Part shown: one piece after another, positions 21,881 through 32,494 of the stretch
Numbering within the stretch: position 1 is the stretch's first letter
Layout: every line of letters begins with the position of its first letter
Origin: an uncultured Chloroflexia bacterium
GTDB lineage: Bacteria > Chloroflexota > Anaerolineae > CG2-30-64-16
NCBI GenBank assembly: GCA_963774265.1
Contig: CAVZDU010000001.1
Coordinates: 672,001-736,000, forward strand
Length of the DNA stretch: 64,000 nt
Direction: 5' to 3'
Position numbers and translations under genes: made by a program
Notes under the pieces: generated by a model
The model's input: the letters and a program-made list of their open reading frames with translations, nothing else
The model's database searches: none
Told to the model about the DNA's origin: nothing

Positions 21881-23297
21881 ATGGCTGATGCCACTTCATA
21901 TGATGTCATCGTCATTGGCGGCGGGCCGGGCGGCTATGTGGCCGCCATCCGAGCCGCGCAGTTGGGCCAAAAGGTGGCCTGCGTCGAGCGCGAGAGCCTG
22001 GGCGGCGTCTGTCTGAACTGGGGCTGCATCCCCACCAAGTCGCTGTTGCGCAACGCCGAGCTCGCAAGCATCCTGACGAACGAGAGCAAGGAGTTCGGCT
22101 TCAGCTTCGACAACCTGAAGCTGGACTATGCTGTCGCGCAGAAGCGCAGCCGCCAGGTCTCCGACCGGCTGGTCAAAGGCGTCGGCTTCCTCTTCCGCAA
22201 GAACAACGTGACGCATGTGCAGGGCACGGCGACGCTGACCGGCACAAAACCAGGTGACGGTCGAACCGGCCGGCCAGGTGCTCGAGGCCAAGACGATCAT
22301 CATCGCCACCGGCGCGCGGCCGCGCTCTCTGCCCGGCATGACCATCGACGGGCAGAAGATCATCACCTACCGCCAGGCGTTGGAGCTGACGACGGTTGCC
22401 CCCAAGCGGCTGGTGGTCGTCGGCGCGGGCGCCATCGGCATGGAATTCGCCTACGTCTTCCGCTCTTACGGCGCGGAAGTGACCATGATCGAGATGCTGC
22501 CCCACGTCCTGCCGCTGGAAGATGAGGAAACCGCGGCCGAGGTCGCAAGGCGTTCAAGAAGCAGGGCATCAAGATGCTGGTCAACACCAAGCACCGAGGG
22601 CGTCGAGGCGACCGGCGCCGGTGTCACCGTGCGCGTGAAGGATCAGGCCACCAGCCAGGGCCAGACCCTCGAGGCCGACGTGGTGCTGGTCGCGATCGGC
22701 GTGCAGGCCAACACCGACGGCATCGGGCTGGAGGCAGCCGGCGTGCAGACGGACAAGCGCGGCTTCATCCCAGTGGACGAGTACATGCGGACCAACGTCC
22801 CCGGCGTCTACGCCATCGGCGACGTGACGGGCAAGCTGATGCTGGCGCATGTCGCCAGCGCGCAGGGCATCGTCGCCGCCGAGCACCTCGCCGGCCACGA
22901 AACCCGGCCGCTGCGCGACGCCGACTACGTGTTCATGCCGCGCTGCACCTACTGCAAGCCGCAGGTGGCCAGCCTGGGCTACACCGAGGCGCAGGCGAAG
23001 GAGAAGGGCTACGAGATCAAGGTCGGCAAGTTCCCCTTCATCGCCAACGGCAAGGCGCTGGGCCTGAACGAGAAGGAAGGCTTCGTCAAGATCATCGCCG
23101 ACGCGAAGTACGGCGAAATCCTGGGCGCGCACCTGGTCGGCCCCGAAGTCACCGAGCTGCTGCCCGAGCTGGCCCTGGCGCGCACATGGGAGCTGACGAC
23201 GGAAGAGATTGCCCGCACGGTCCATGCGCACCCGACCCTCTCGGAGGCGTTGATGGAGGCCGCGCACGCGGTGCAGGGTCAGGCAATCCATATCTAG
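21881..23297 (+). CDS. lpdA: Dihydrolipoamide dehydrogenase E3; frameshifted
   Basis: [37 protein letters not shown]; putative own promoter TTGCAC-17-TACACT at 21800-21828. Confidence 0.92.
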
Positions 23298-23381
23298 TTC
23301 CTTGCGACGGCCTCTGCCAGATGCTATACTGCGAGGAGATAGGACCGGCTGCGTCAAGCAGCCGGTGTAAATGAGTGAGTC

Positions 23382-24374
23382 ATGCAAGGTAAGGTAACAT
23401 TCGATCCGATCCCCCAGGAGCTGCAAGAGGTTAGTAAGCCGCGTAATGCACCGAAGCGTGCGCGGCTTGTCGAGCGGCCCGAAACGCCTGAGGCGACCGC
23501 TGGCCGGCGGCCTGACTGGCTCCGGGTCAAGCTCAGCCAAAACGACAGCTATTGGGAGATCAAGAAACTGATGCGCGGGCAGACCCTGCACACGGTATGT
23601 GAAGAGGCGTTCTGCCCGAATCTGGGGGAGTGTTGGAGCCGCGGCACCGCCACCTTCCTCCTCATGGGAGACATCTGCACTCGCTCGTGCAAGTTCTGCA
23701 ACGTCAAGAGCGGTAAGCCGCTGCCGCTCGACGAGGACGAGCCGCGCCGCATCGCGGAGTCGGTCCACCACATGGCGCTGCGCCACGTGGTGCTCACCAG
23801 CGTCGATCGCGACGATCAGCCCGATGGCGGCGCGCACATCTTCGCCAACACCATTCGGGAGATTCGCGGGTTCTTGCCCAACTGCACCATCGAAGTGCTG
23901 ATTCCTGACTTCAAGGCCGACCCCGATGCGCTGCGCCTGGTCATGGACGCGCATCCCGAGATTCTGAACCACAATACCGAGACGGTTCCGCGCCTATCGC
24001 GCACCGTTCGTCCGCAGGCGCGGCCTGAGCGCAGCCTGGCCGTCCTGCGGATGGCCAAGGAGATGGACCCCGCCGCGCTCACCAAGAGCGGTGTGATGGT
24101 GGGCCTGGGCGAGACGTGGGATGAGCTGTTGGAGGTGATGGACGAGCTGCGCACGGTGGATGTGGACATTCTGACGATTGGCCAGTACCTGCAGCCCACC
24201 AAGGACCACCTGCCCATCGAGCGATACTACCATCCCGATGAGTTTGATCAGTTGGCCGAGGAAGCCTACAGTCGTGGTTTCAAATGGGTTGAATCTGCAC
24301 CGCTCGTGCGCTCTTCGTATCATGCCGACGGTCAGGCGCGGATCATTCCGCCGCGCAATCCGGCCTCCTCCTGA
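23382..24374 (+). CDS. lipA: Lipoyl synthase
   Basis: [28 protein letters not shown]; promoter TTGCGA-17-TATACT at 23302-23330. Confidence 0.95.
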   Translation: MQGKVTFDPIPQELQEVSKPRNAPKRARLVERPETPEATAGRRPDWLRVKLSQNDSYWEIKKLMRGQTLHTVCEEAFCPNLGECWSRGTATFLLMGDICTRSCKFCNVKSGKPLPLDEDEPRRIAESVHHMALRHVVLTSVDRDDQPDGGAHIFANTIREIRGFLPNCTIEVLIPDFKADPDALRLVMDAHPEILNHNTETVPRLSRTVRPQARPERSLAVLRMAKEMDPAALTKSGVMVGLGETWDELLEVMDELRTVDVDILTIGQYLQPTKDHLPIERYYHPDEFDQLAEEAYSRGFKWVESAPLVRSSYHADGQARIIPPRNPASS

Positions 24375-24396
24375 TTGACCCATAGATTGGAAGCCC

Positions 24397-25524
24397 ATGC
24401 AGATCCTCGCCGTCGACATCGGCACCGGCACCCAGGATATCCTGCTCTTCGATAGCGAGCGGACGCCTGAGAATTGCCTCAAACTGGTCATGCCCTCGCC
24501 CACGCTCCGGCTGAGCCAGCAGGTGCGTGCGGCGACTGCGGCGCGCGTGCCCCTCCTGATCACCGGTATCCTGATGGGCGGTGGCCCCGTTTCGTGGGCT
24601 GTCGAGGCTCACCATCGCGCCGGCCTGCCGATCCTCGCCACTCCCGACGCGGCGCGGACCTTCAATGACGACCTTGACGCAGTACAGGCCGACTTGGGCG
24701 TCGAGCTTGTCGACGACGCCGAGGCGGCCCGTCTCCTGGTGCGGAACAGCCACGCGCACATCGAGTTTCGCGATTTTGACTACGCGTCGATCCATCGGGC
24801 CTTCGGCGCCTTTGGCCTGAGCTTGCAGCCTGATGCGGTCGCGCTGGCTGTGTTCGACCATGGCAACGCGCCCCCGCACATCAGTGACCGCCAGTTCCGC
24901 ATGGATTATCTGGCCGAACGCCTCCGTCGCGACCGCCGTCTGAGCGCGCTGGCCTTTCGCGGAGATGCAGTTCCCACCGACATGACGCGCCTGGTCGCGC
25001 TGGCAGACACCGCGCAGGCCGACACCGGCGTTCCCGTCGTGGTCATGGACACGGCGCCCGCGGCGGTGCTTGGTGCGCTGGAAGATCCCGTTGTCGCCGC
25101 GCAGCCCGCCCCGATCGTCGTCAACATAGGCAATTTCCATACGCTCGCCTTCCAGTTCGCCCGGGGCAACTTCCTGCGCTTGTTCGAGCATCACACGGGA
25201 GAGCTGACCCAGGGCGAATTGGTGGCGTGGCTGCGTGCGCTGGCCGATGGCTCAATCCGCCACGAAGCGGTCTTCGACAACAAAGGCCACGGCGCGTTAG
25301 TGTTGGACGACGAACCCCAGGCGATGACGCATGTGGCAGTCGTCGGACCGCGGCGTGCGCTCCTGCGTGATGCAGGCCTGCCCGTCTACTTCGCGGTGCC
25401 GCATGGCGATCAGATGCTTGCCGGCTGCTTTGGCTTGCTGCGTGCCTGCGCAGATGTCGAGCCGTCCTGGCGCGAACCGATCGAGGCTTCTCTCGGTGGG
25501 AAGATCCACCGGAGCCTGTGGTAA
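24397..25524 (+). CDS. DUF1786 family protein (actin-like fold)
   Basis: ILAVDIGTGTQD, AVFDHG, VNIGNFHT, FEHHT, AGCFGL. Confidence 0.75.
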   Translation: MQILAVDIGTGTQDILLFDSERTPENCLKLVMPSPTLRLSQQVRAATAARVPLLITGILMGGGPVSWAVEAHHRAGLPILATPDAARTFNDDLDAVQADLGVELVDDAEAARLLVRNSHAHIEFRDFDYASIHRAFGAFGLSLQPDAVALAVFDHGNAPPHISDRQFRMDYLAERLRRDRRLSALAFRGDAVPTDMTRLVALADTAQADTGVPVVVMDTAPAAVLGALEDPVVAAQPAPIVVNIGNFHTLAFQFARGNFLRLFEHHTGELTQGELVAWLRALADGSIRHEAVFDNKGHGALVLDDEPQAMTHVAVVGPRRALLRDAGLPVYFAVPHGDQMLAGCFGLLRACADVEPSWREPIEASLGGKIHRSLW

Positions 25525-25544
25525 CGAATTCTGGGGAGGTTGCA

Positions 25545-26030
25545 TTGGCGGATCCCGACACGATCAAAGCGATCATGCGCATGTTTAACTACGGCCTGTT
25601 CGTCGCCACCTGTTCGGGCGATGAGGGGCCGCGTGCTGCGACGGTGAGTTGGGCCGGCCAGGTCTCATTCGAGCCCAAGCAGATTGCTGTCGCGATGCGA
25701 AAGGGAACGAGCATCTGTGAGGGCGTGCAAAAGTGCGGCAGATTCGGCCTCCACGTAGTGGGCGAAAACCAGCCGGAGTTCGCACGTGCATTCTTCAAGG
25801 TGTCGCAGACCGGCCCGACTGAAATCGCGGGCTTTCGTTATTCGGTTTCACCCACTGGCGTCCCGATCCTCGGCGCGGCGACTGCGTGGCTGGAGTGCGA
25901 GGTGGTGGAACAAGCCGGCCATTCAGGCGATCATGTGGTCTTCATCGCTGCGGTGGTCGAGGGTGATATCCAGGCGCCGGGCATTCGGTCTCTGGCCTTG
26001 CGCGATACAGTGTGGCATTACGGAGGATAG
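25545..26030 (+). CDS. Flavin reductase-like FMN-binding protein
   Basis: QVSFEP, AWLECEV, GDHVVFIA, WHYGG; GGAGG RBS before TTG. Confidence 0.85.
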   Translation: MADPDTIKAIMRMFNYGLFVATCSGDEGPRAATVSWAGQVSFEPKQIAVAMRKGTSICEGVQKCGRFGLHVVGENQPEFARAFFKVSQTGPTEIAGFRYSVSPTGVPILGAATAWLECEVVEQAGHSGDHVVFIAAVVEGDIQAPGIRSLALRDTVWHYGG

Positions 26031-26033
26031 GGT

Positions 26034-26060
26034 GTAGGGGCGAAAAACACCTCACCCTAC
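26034..26060. repeat. GTAG-type REP-like palindrome
   Basis: GTAGGGGCGAAAAACACCTCACCCTAC, intergenic imperfect hairpin with GTAG/CTAC ends. Confidence 0.5.
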
Positions 26061-26082
26061 GCTTTCCAATGAGGAGGTGGTG

Positions 26083-26589
26083 ATGGCGCCGGAGATCCCC
26101 ATCGACGTGCGCGCGGAAGCGTTGCACCTCTTGTCGAACGGCGTTTACGTCTTGACCGCGGCAGTTACTGACGTGGTTCACGCGGCGACCGTCACGTGGG
26201 CCAGCCAGGTTTCGTTTCAGCCCGCGCTCGTAGTGGTCGCGCTGCGGCGCAACTCCTATTTGGCGCAGGCAGTGCGAAAAGCGCACCGTTTTGCACTGAA
26301 TGTCATGGCTGACGATCAGCAGGAGAACGTGGTCCGCTACTTCGAACACTACACCGGCCCCCTGGAAGGTGTACGTGGCTCTGAATCGCCCTTCCGCCTG
26401 ACCTTGGGCAAGTGTCCCTTGCTGACCGATGGATTGGGGTGGCTGGAGTGCAAGCTCGTGGCGGAGCCCCCCTCGCCCGGCGACCATGCGCTCATGCTGG
26501 GCGAAGTGACTGGTGCGGGTATCCGGCGTGAGGGCCGGCCAATGGTGTTGCGAGACACCCCATGGTCGTATGGTGGGTTGCGAGAATGA
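26083..26589 (+). CDS. Second flavin reductase-like protein (tandem paralog)
   Basis: QVSFQP, GWLECKL, GDHALMLG, WSYGG. Confidence 0.85.
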   Translation: MAPEIPIDVRAEALHLLSNGVYVLTAAVTDVVHAATVTWASQVSFQPALVVVALRRNSYLAQAVRKAHRFALNVMADDQQENVVRYFEHYTGPLEGVRGSESPFRLTLGKCPLLTDGLGWLECKLVAEPPSPGDHALMLGEVTGAGIRREGRPMVLRDTPWSYGGLRE

Positions 26590-26604
26590 GGACAGGGTAA
26601 CATC

Positions 26605-27801
26605 ATGACCTTACCCAACTTCCGTGCCGAGGCGGAGATCCTGGCCGCGCAACTAACTGCCTGGCGTCGCGATTTGCACGCGCACCCCGAACTGGCCTTC
26701 GAGGAGCACCGCACCGCAGGCATCGTGGCGGCCATATTGGGTGAGCTTGACTGCGAGGTACGAACCGGGGTGGGTCAGACAGGCGTGATCGGCCTCATCT
26801 CGGGCGGGAAACCCGGGCCCACGGTCATGCTGCGCGTCGACATGGACGCGCTGCCGATCAGCGAGATCAGTGAGGCGCCCTATGTCTCGCAGGTCGCAGG
26901 CGTGATGCACGCGTGCGGCCACGACGGCCATATTGCCATCGGACTGGGTGCAGCGACCCTGCTGGCGCGCCACGCTGCAGAGTTGCCCGGCCAGGTCCTC
27001 CTGCTCTTCCAGCCTGCAGAGGAGGGCCTGGGGGGCTCACGCGCGGTGATCGCCGACCGCGCGCTCGAGAACCCCTCGCCCGCGGCCGCGTTCGGATTGC
27101 ACCTGTGGAACACCATGCCGCTGGGCCGCGTGGTCGCACAGGCCGGCCCAATCATGGCCGCATCCGATGTGCTGCGCATCGTCATCCACGGCAAGGGCGG
27201 TCACGGCGCACTGCCCCACGAAGCAGTGGACGCGATTGCGGTCAGTGGCCAGGTATTATCTGCACTTCACACGATCGTCAGTCGCAATGTGGACCCCCAG
27301 GAGACGGCTGTGCTGACGATTGGTACGGTGCATGGCGGCGCCAAGTACAATGTGATTGCGGAGACGGTGGAAATGCAGGGCACGATCCGGACGTTTTCCG
27401 CCACGGTGCGTGAAACCGTCGTGACCCGTCTCAGGGTGCTGTTGGATGGAGTGACTGCCGGCTTTGGGGCTCGCTACACCCTGGAGATCCTGGATGTAAC
27501 GCGCGCGGTGATCAACGATCAGGCAATGGCGGAAATCGCGCGTAAATCAGCGATCCAGGTGGTGGGCGCCACGAATGTCGTCTGGCGGCCGCCGTTTATG
27601 GTGTCTGAAGACTTTTCTGAGTACGCAGAGCGCATGCCCGCGTGTTTCATGTTGCTGGGATCGGGCAATCCGGGTCTGGGGCTTTCGGCGCCCCATCACA
27701 GCCCGCGCTTCGACTTCGATGAAGATGCGCTGCCCTTGGGCGCCGCCTTATTGGCTGCAGTGGCGGCCAGATTCTTGCACGAGAGTGCGGCCAAGGGCTG
27801 A
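26605..27801 (+). CDS. M20D amidohydrolase
   Basis: RRDLHAHPELAFEE, RVDMDAL, MHACGHDGH, QPAEE, SEDF. Confidence 0.92.
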   Translation: MTLPNFRAEAEILAAQLTAWRRDLHAHPELAFEEHRTAGIVAAILGELDCEVRTGVGQTGVIGLISGGKPGPTVMLRVDMDALPISEISEAPYVSQVAGVMHACGHDGHIAIGLGAATLLARHAAELPGQVLLLFQPAEEGLGGSRAVIADRALENPSPAAAFGLHLWNTMPLGRVVAQAGPIMAASDVLRIVIHGKGGHGALPHEAVDAIAVSGQVLSALHTIVSRNVDPQETAVLTIGTVHGGAKYNVIAETVEMQGTIRTFSATVRETVVTRLRVLLDGVTAGFGARYTLEILDVTRAVINDQAMAEIARKSAIQVVGATNVVWRPPFMVSEDFSEYAERMPACFMLLGSGNPGLGLSAPHHSPRFDFDEDALPLGAALLAAVAARFLHESAAKG

Positions 27802-27848
27802 ACTGGTATCCTCAAGGGGGTTGTCCGCTAGTCCGCAGACTTAAAAAT

Positions 27849-27879
27849 CGACGCCGCAGACAACGCTGTCTGCGGCGTC
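27849..27879. terminator. Hairpin between the convergent amidohydrolase and htrA genes
   Basis: GACGCCGCAGACA-ACGC-TGTCTGCGGCGTC with an A-run on the left (U-tract on the minus strand). Confidence 0.65.
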
Positions 27880-27898
27880 TCGCAGTATTACGGCAGGA

Positions 27899-30022
27899 TC
27901 AGTCTTGCGGCCGCCTGGCCAGCGTCACCACAACCGTTTCCTCTTTTCCGTCGCGCAGGATGGTCAGTGTCAGGTCGTCCCCGGCCTGCTTAGCCTGGAC
28001 CACTTTCGTCAATGCGTCCATCGTCGCCACATCCTGGCCATCCGCGGCCACGATGAGGTCCGCATCCACCATGCGCCCTCTTCCGAGCCCCAGGCCCAGG
28101 CCAGCGCCTTTCAAGCCCGCTTTGGCCGCGGGGCTGTTGTCGGCGACGCTCAGGATCATGACGCCGCTCTGGTCGCCCCAGCCCATCATCTGCGCCATCT
28201 CGGCTGAGACAGAGACACCGTTGACGCCCAGCCATGCGCCGTCCTCAGCGGGCGCAGTCCGCGCCTCGGGCGTCACCTTGCTTTTTGGCTCCTCAGGGGT
28301 CGTCCGCGGTTGGGCAGGCTGTGCACCCTGCCCCGTCCCGGGCCGGATCGCCAGTTCCGCGGTCACGGTCTCTTCTTTACCGTCGCGCAGGATTGTCACC
28401 TCGATCTTGTCGCCGGCCTTCTTTGCCTGCACCGCGTTGACCAGTTCCTCGATGGTGGTGATCGTCTCGCCATCGACCGCAGTGATTACATCGCCACCGG
28501 CCATCAGCTGTTGCCCGTTCAGGTCAAGCGGCTGGTCGCTCCCGCGCAGGCCAGCCTGAGCTGCCGGGCTGTCCTCCACCACTTCGGCCACCAGCACACC
28601 GGCCTGCTCGCCCAGGTCCATCGCCTCAGCCATCGCAGGCGTTAACGTCATGCCGGTCACGCCCAGGTAGACGGTTCCTGTCCTCGGCGCGGTCTCTACC
28701 TCCGGCGTCGCTTCGGTTCGCGGCGTCACCGCGGTCTCGGTCTCGCTCGGCCGCGCGGCCAGCGTCACCGTCACGAACTGGACAACGCCGCTGCGCAGGA
28801 TGCTCAGATTGACCTTTTGGCCCACCCGGCCCTGGCGCGCCAGATACGTCGTCAGATCTTCAAAATCTCGGACCGTTTGGCCCTCGATTGCGGTGATCAC
28901 GTCGCCGCCAACTACCGTGTCGATGCCATCAATCTGCACCGCCTTAGTGGAACCCTCCAGCCCGGCCTTGGCCGCCGGGCTTCCCTCGGTCACTTCGGCC
29001 ACCAGCGCGCCGCGTGTGGTCGTGGGCAAGCCCATCGCCTCAGCGACTGCTGAGGTCAAGGTGCCGCCCCGGATGCCGATGTATGGGTGCTCGAACTTGC
29101 CGTTGAGGATCAACTCGGGCACGACCTTCTGCACGATGACAGACGGCACCGCAAAGCCGACGCCCGCAGAACTGCGCGTCGATGATTCGATCGCGGTGGG
29201 CACGCCGACCAGCCGGCCGGACATATCGAGCAGCGCACCACCCGAGTTGCCCGGATTAACCGACGCGTCCGTCTGGATGATGTCCGGGATGCTGTACGAG
29301 CCGCCCGTGGATAGCAGGGTGCTATTCACGGGGAGCGTGCGGCCCAACGCGCTCACAATACCGAAGGACATCGACCCTTCCAGGCCAAAAGGATTGCCGA
29401 TGGCGACAACAAACTGGCCCACCTTCAGTTGGGTCGAATCGCCCACGGTCAGGGGTTGGAGGTTGGTCGCCTTCTTCGGGTCCACTTTTATCACGGCCAA
29501 ATCGCTGTTCGCATCGCCGCCTACAAGCTCGGCAGGCACGGTCAGGCCGTCGGCGAAGGTGACCGAGATGCGGGTGGCGCCATCGACCAAATGGTTATTG
29601 GTCACGATGTGGCCTTGCTTATCCCACACAAAGCCCGATCCCAACCCCTCGGCGCCGAACCCTTTCGGCAAATCGGGTAATTGGGGTATGTCGAGGCCTT
29701 CCGGGACATCCGGCAGCATGGGCAGTGCATTAGTCTTGCCCATTACGACATTAACGTTCACGACTGAGGGTGAGACCGCCTCGTACAGGTTCGAGAGGGC
29801 GTTCTGCAGATCCAGGATCCCCGCGGGCACGTCCAGTATGACGGGCGCCGCCGGCTGTGTGCTCGTGACGGCCGTGATCGGTGTCGGGGTGGCCTCCGCC
29901 TGCGCGACCGGCGCAACGCTGCGGCCCAGGCTGAGGGTGCCGGACACAGCTCCGGGCAAGGCCGCGCAACCGCTCAAGCTCACCACGACGATGAGCGACA
30001 GCATCAGCATGACTTTCTTCAT
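27899..30022 (-). CDS. htrA: HtrA/DegP-family serine protease lipoprotein with three PDZ domains
   Basis: Lipobox LSGC; triad TNNHLV, DLAV, GNSGG; three (Y/W)(I/L)G(I/V)...SPAA(K/Q)AGL PDZ repeats. Confidence 0.9.
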   Translation of the reverse strand: MKKVMLMLSLIVVVSLSGCAALPGAVSGTLSLGRSVAPVAQAEATPTPITAVTSTQPAAPVILDVPAGILDLQNALSNLYEAVSPSVVNVNVVMGKTNALPMLPDVPEGLDIPQLPDLPKGFGAEGLGSGFVWDKQGHIVTNNHLVDGATRISVTFADGLTVPAELVGGDANSDLAVIKVDPKKATNLQPLTVGDSTQLKVGQFVVAIGNPFGLEGSMSFGIVSALGRTLPVNSTLLSTGGSYSIPDIIQTDASVNPGNSGGALLDMSGRLVGVPTAIESSTRSSAGVGFAVPSVIVQKVVPELILNGKFEHPYIGIRGGTLTSAVAEAMGLPTTTRGALVAEVTEGSPAAKAGLEGSTKAVQIDGIDTVVGGDVITAIEGQTVRDFEDLTTYLARQGRVGQKVNLSILRSGVVQFVTVTLAARPSETETAVTPRTEATPEVETAPRTGTVYLGVTGMTLTPAMAEAMDLGEQAGVLVAEVVEDSPAAQAGLRGSDQPLDLNGQQLMAGGDVITAVDGETITTIEELVNAVQAKKAGDKIEVTILRDGKEETVTAELAIRPGTGQGAQPAQPRTTPEEPKSKVTPEARTAPAEDGAWLGVNGVSVSAEMAQMMGWGDQSGVMILSVADNSPAAKAGLKGAGLGLGLGRGRMVDADLIVAADGQDVATMDALTKVVQAKQAGDDLTLTILRDGKEETVVVTLARRPQD

Positions 30023-30106
30023 CTTACCTCCACATCAGGGGTCACACTCGCGCCGTTTACACGGCAAGCAAATACCTTAGGCGGCATTGGCCGTCTATTT
30101 GCGCCA

Positions 30107-30173
30107 ATTATAGCCCCAAGGCGCGAAAATAGCTTTAAAGGTCTGTAAGGGATAGCTTAAAGGAAGATTAACA
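30107..30173 (-). promoter_or_regulatory. htrA promoter with ~11-bp-spaced tandem boxes
   Basis: TATAAT on minus at 30107-30112; plus-strand TTAAAG/GTAAGG/TTAAAG/TTAACA at 30135/30145/30157/30168. Confidence 0.5.
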
Positions 30174-30381
30174 CCGGAGCCTTAACGCGCGAGCACCGAG
30201 GCTGCCCTTACCTCGGTGCTCATCAAAAGGAGGAGAAGGAGAGAACTCTTTTTTTCATCTCTCGTGCGATAGTGTAACATGACTGAGCGTACAATACTGG
30301 ACGTTACCCCCATGAAATAGATACTTCTTTTTAACGTTAACCCTACGCTTACCCTACGATTATCATACGGAGGCCTTGCAG

Positions 30382-30834
30382 ATGAGCGCGGATGACGGAC
30401 AAAATTGCGACGTGGAGATTCTGGAACCAGGAGACTATGCGGACATTCTGGCGTTGTGGGGCCGTGCGGGGCTGCCTGCACGCCCCGAAGGCCGCGATGC
30501 GCCGGAAGCTTTTCGACGTCAACAGGAATCCGGCCTCCAGCGCAGCCTGGGAATCCGGGTGGATGGTCAGCTCGTGGCCGTGGTCATCCTCACGCACGAT
30601 GGCCGCAAAGGCTGGATCAACCGGCTCGCCGTAGACCCGGCGTATCGCCATCGCGGTTACGCCAGCCAACTGGTTGCAGCCAGTGAACGTTGGTTCACCG
30701 ACGAGAACGGCATAGAGGTGATTGCAGCGCTGATTCATGCACATAACGGCGCCTCGCGGATGCTGTTCGACGCGCTGGGCTATGAAGTGACCGATGTGGT
30801 CTACGTGCGCAAGTTGGCTCGGCCAGGCGCGTGA
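30382..30834 (+). CDS. GNAT acetyltransferase
   Basis: HDGRKGWINRLAVDPAYRHRGYA (motif A), HNGASRMLF. Confidence 0.88.
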   Translation: MSADDGQNCDVEILEPGDYADILALWGRAGLPARPEGRDAPEAFRRQQESGLQRSLGIRVDGQLVAVVILTHDGRKGWINRLAVDPAYRHRGYASQLVAASERWFTDENGIEVIAALIHAHNGASRMLFDALGYEVTDVVYVRKLARPGA

Positions 30835-30838
30835 CGTG

Positions 30839-30864
30839 TGCAACTAAACCGTGAGCGCTGCGTA
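30839..30864 (+). promoter_or_regulatory. ECF-sigma (SigW/SigM-like) promoter upstream of pspC
   Basis: TGCAAC-16 bp-CGTA. Confidence 0.6.
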
Positions 30865-30939
30865 GAGTAGGGTGAAAGAGGCGAGCACCGGCCCACCATG
30901 GCCCCCGCATAGCTCGCCAACATGGAGGGAGATTTCACC

Positions 30940-31131
30940 ATGGAAGGCAAGAAGCTCTATCGCAGCAAGACTGACAAGATGATCGCCGGCGTATGCGGCG
31001 GATTGGCCCAGTATTTCGGCGTCGATACGACGCTGGTCCGACTGATCTTCGCCCTGTTAGTTTTCTTCGGCGTGGGTTCGGGCCTTGTGCTCTACATCGT
31101 TCTGGCCATCGTGATGCCGCTGGAACCGTAG
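30940..31131 (+). CDS. pspC: PspC domain protein
   Basis: [29 protein letters not shown]...[10 protein letters not shown]. Confidence 0.92.
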   Translation: MEGKKLYRSKTDKMIAGVCGGLAQYFGVDTTLVRLIFALLVFFGVGSGLVLYIVLAIVMPLEP

Positions 31132-31141
31132 GGAGGTGTAC

Positions 31142-31672
31142 ATGAATTCCTCGCAACGGTCTGCCTTGGGCGGTGGGCTGGTCCTGATCCTGATCGGTGC
31201 GCTGCTCCTGGTGGGCCAGCTCGTCCCCGGCGTTTGGTCGTGGCTTGATGCTTTTAGCTGGCCCCTCATCATCGTCGGCGTTGGCGTGCTCCTGTTGATC
31301 ATCGGCGTGCTGACGAATACGCCCGGCATGGCAGTTCCCGCTTGTATCGTCGGCGGGATTGGACTGCTGCTGTACTGGCAAAACCGCACGGGCGACTGGG
31401 GCAGTTGGGCCTATGCCTGGTCGTTGATCCCCGGCTTTGTCGGCATCGGAACGATCGTCATGGGGTTGTGGGAACGCAAGGGATCTGAAGTGCGCGGCGG
31501 GTTGTGGCTGGTGCTGATCAGCGCGATCATGTTCGTCGTCTTCGGCTCCTTCCTGGGTGGCCTGTTCGGCGGCAGCCTGGGGTTCATAGGCCGATGGTGG
31601 CCGGTGCTGTTGATCCTTGTCGGGGTGCTAAGCCTGGTCGACCACCTCGTCAAGGCCCGGCGTGCGGCGTGA
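31142..31672 (+). CDS. Polytopic membrane protein, LiaI/LiaF-TM-like
   Basis: About 6 hydrophobic helices with recurring GxxLIxIG and WP motifs; GGAGG RBS. Confidence 0.7.
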   Translation: MNSSQRSALGGGLVLILIGALLLVGQLVPGVWSWLDAFSWPLIIVGVGVLLLIIGVLTNTPGMAVPACIVGGIGLLLYWQNRTGDWGSWAYAWSLIPGFVGIGTIVMGLWERKGSEVRGGLWLVLISAIMFVVFGSFLGGLFGGSLGFIGRWWPVLLILVGVLSLVDHLVKARRAA

Positions 31673-31684
31673 GGAGATCCGAAC

Positions 31685-32485
31685 ATGCGAAATGGTTCCG
31701 CTTTTTGGGCGATTGTCCTGATCGGGGGCGGCTGCCTGCTTCTGCTGGATAACTTCGGTCTGTTCAGTGGTTTGCGGTTCGGTATCTGGAACCTGATATG
31801 GCCGCTCTTTCTGATCCTGTTGGGCCTTTGGTTCATCTCGCGCATCTTCTGGCGCCCGGCGCCGACTGAGGCCGAGCATGTGAGCGTGCCTTTGGAAGGC
31901 GCAAGTCGCGCGGCGGTGGAATTGTCGCACGGGGCTGGTCAGTTGTCCCTGTCCGCGGGCGCGGATTCCGAGGTGCTAATGGCAGGCGACTTCGGTGGTG
32001 GGCTCCGCTACCAGGCCAGGCGCCGCGGAGAGTCGCTCGACCTCGAAATGAAAATGCGAGCCGAGCCGATCGCGTTCTTGAACTGGTCGCCGGGCAGCCT
32101 CGACTGGAACGTACGCCTCAACCCGGGCGTGCCGTTGAGCCTGAAGTGTGAGACGGGCGCGAGCGAGAGTGTGCTCGATTTGCGTGACCTGAAGGTGACT
32201 GAACTTAAGCTTGAGACCGGCGCCAGTAAGCTCCAGGTGACGCTGCCCGCGAGTGCGGGTTTCACGCGGGTCAAGGTGGAAGCCGGCGCTGCGCGGGTGG
32301 ATCTCCGCGTCCCGGGTGGGGTTGCCGGTCGGATCCGGACCAGCGCAGGCCTTTCCTCCGTGACGGTGGACGAGACCCGCTTCCCCGGTTTTGACAACCG
32401 CTATCAGTCGCCGGACTACGAGACCGCGGCCAACAAAGTCGACATCGATATCGAAACCGGTGTCGGTTCGGTGTCGGTGAGCTGA
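31685..32485 (+). CDS. LiaF/LiaG-like protein (2TM + DUF2154/toast-rack beta-solenoid)
   Basis: N-terminal TMs with WPL motif; repeated xxxGA(S/G)xxxLDL units. Confidence 0.72.
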   Translation: MRNGSAFWAIVLIGGGCLLLLDNFGLFSGLRFGIWNLIWPLFLILLGLWFISRIFWRPAPTEAEHVSVPLEGASRAAVELSHGAGQLSLSAGADSEVLMAGDFGGGLRYQARRRGESLDLEMKMRAEPIAFLNWSPGSLDWNVRLNPGVPLSLKCETGASESVLDLRDLKVTELKLETGASKLQVTLPASAGFTRVKVEAGAARVDLRVPGGVAGRIRTSAGLSSVTVDETRFPGFDNRYQSPDYETAANKVDIDIETGVGSVSVS

Positions 32486-32494
32486 ACGAGTGCA

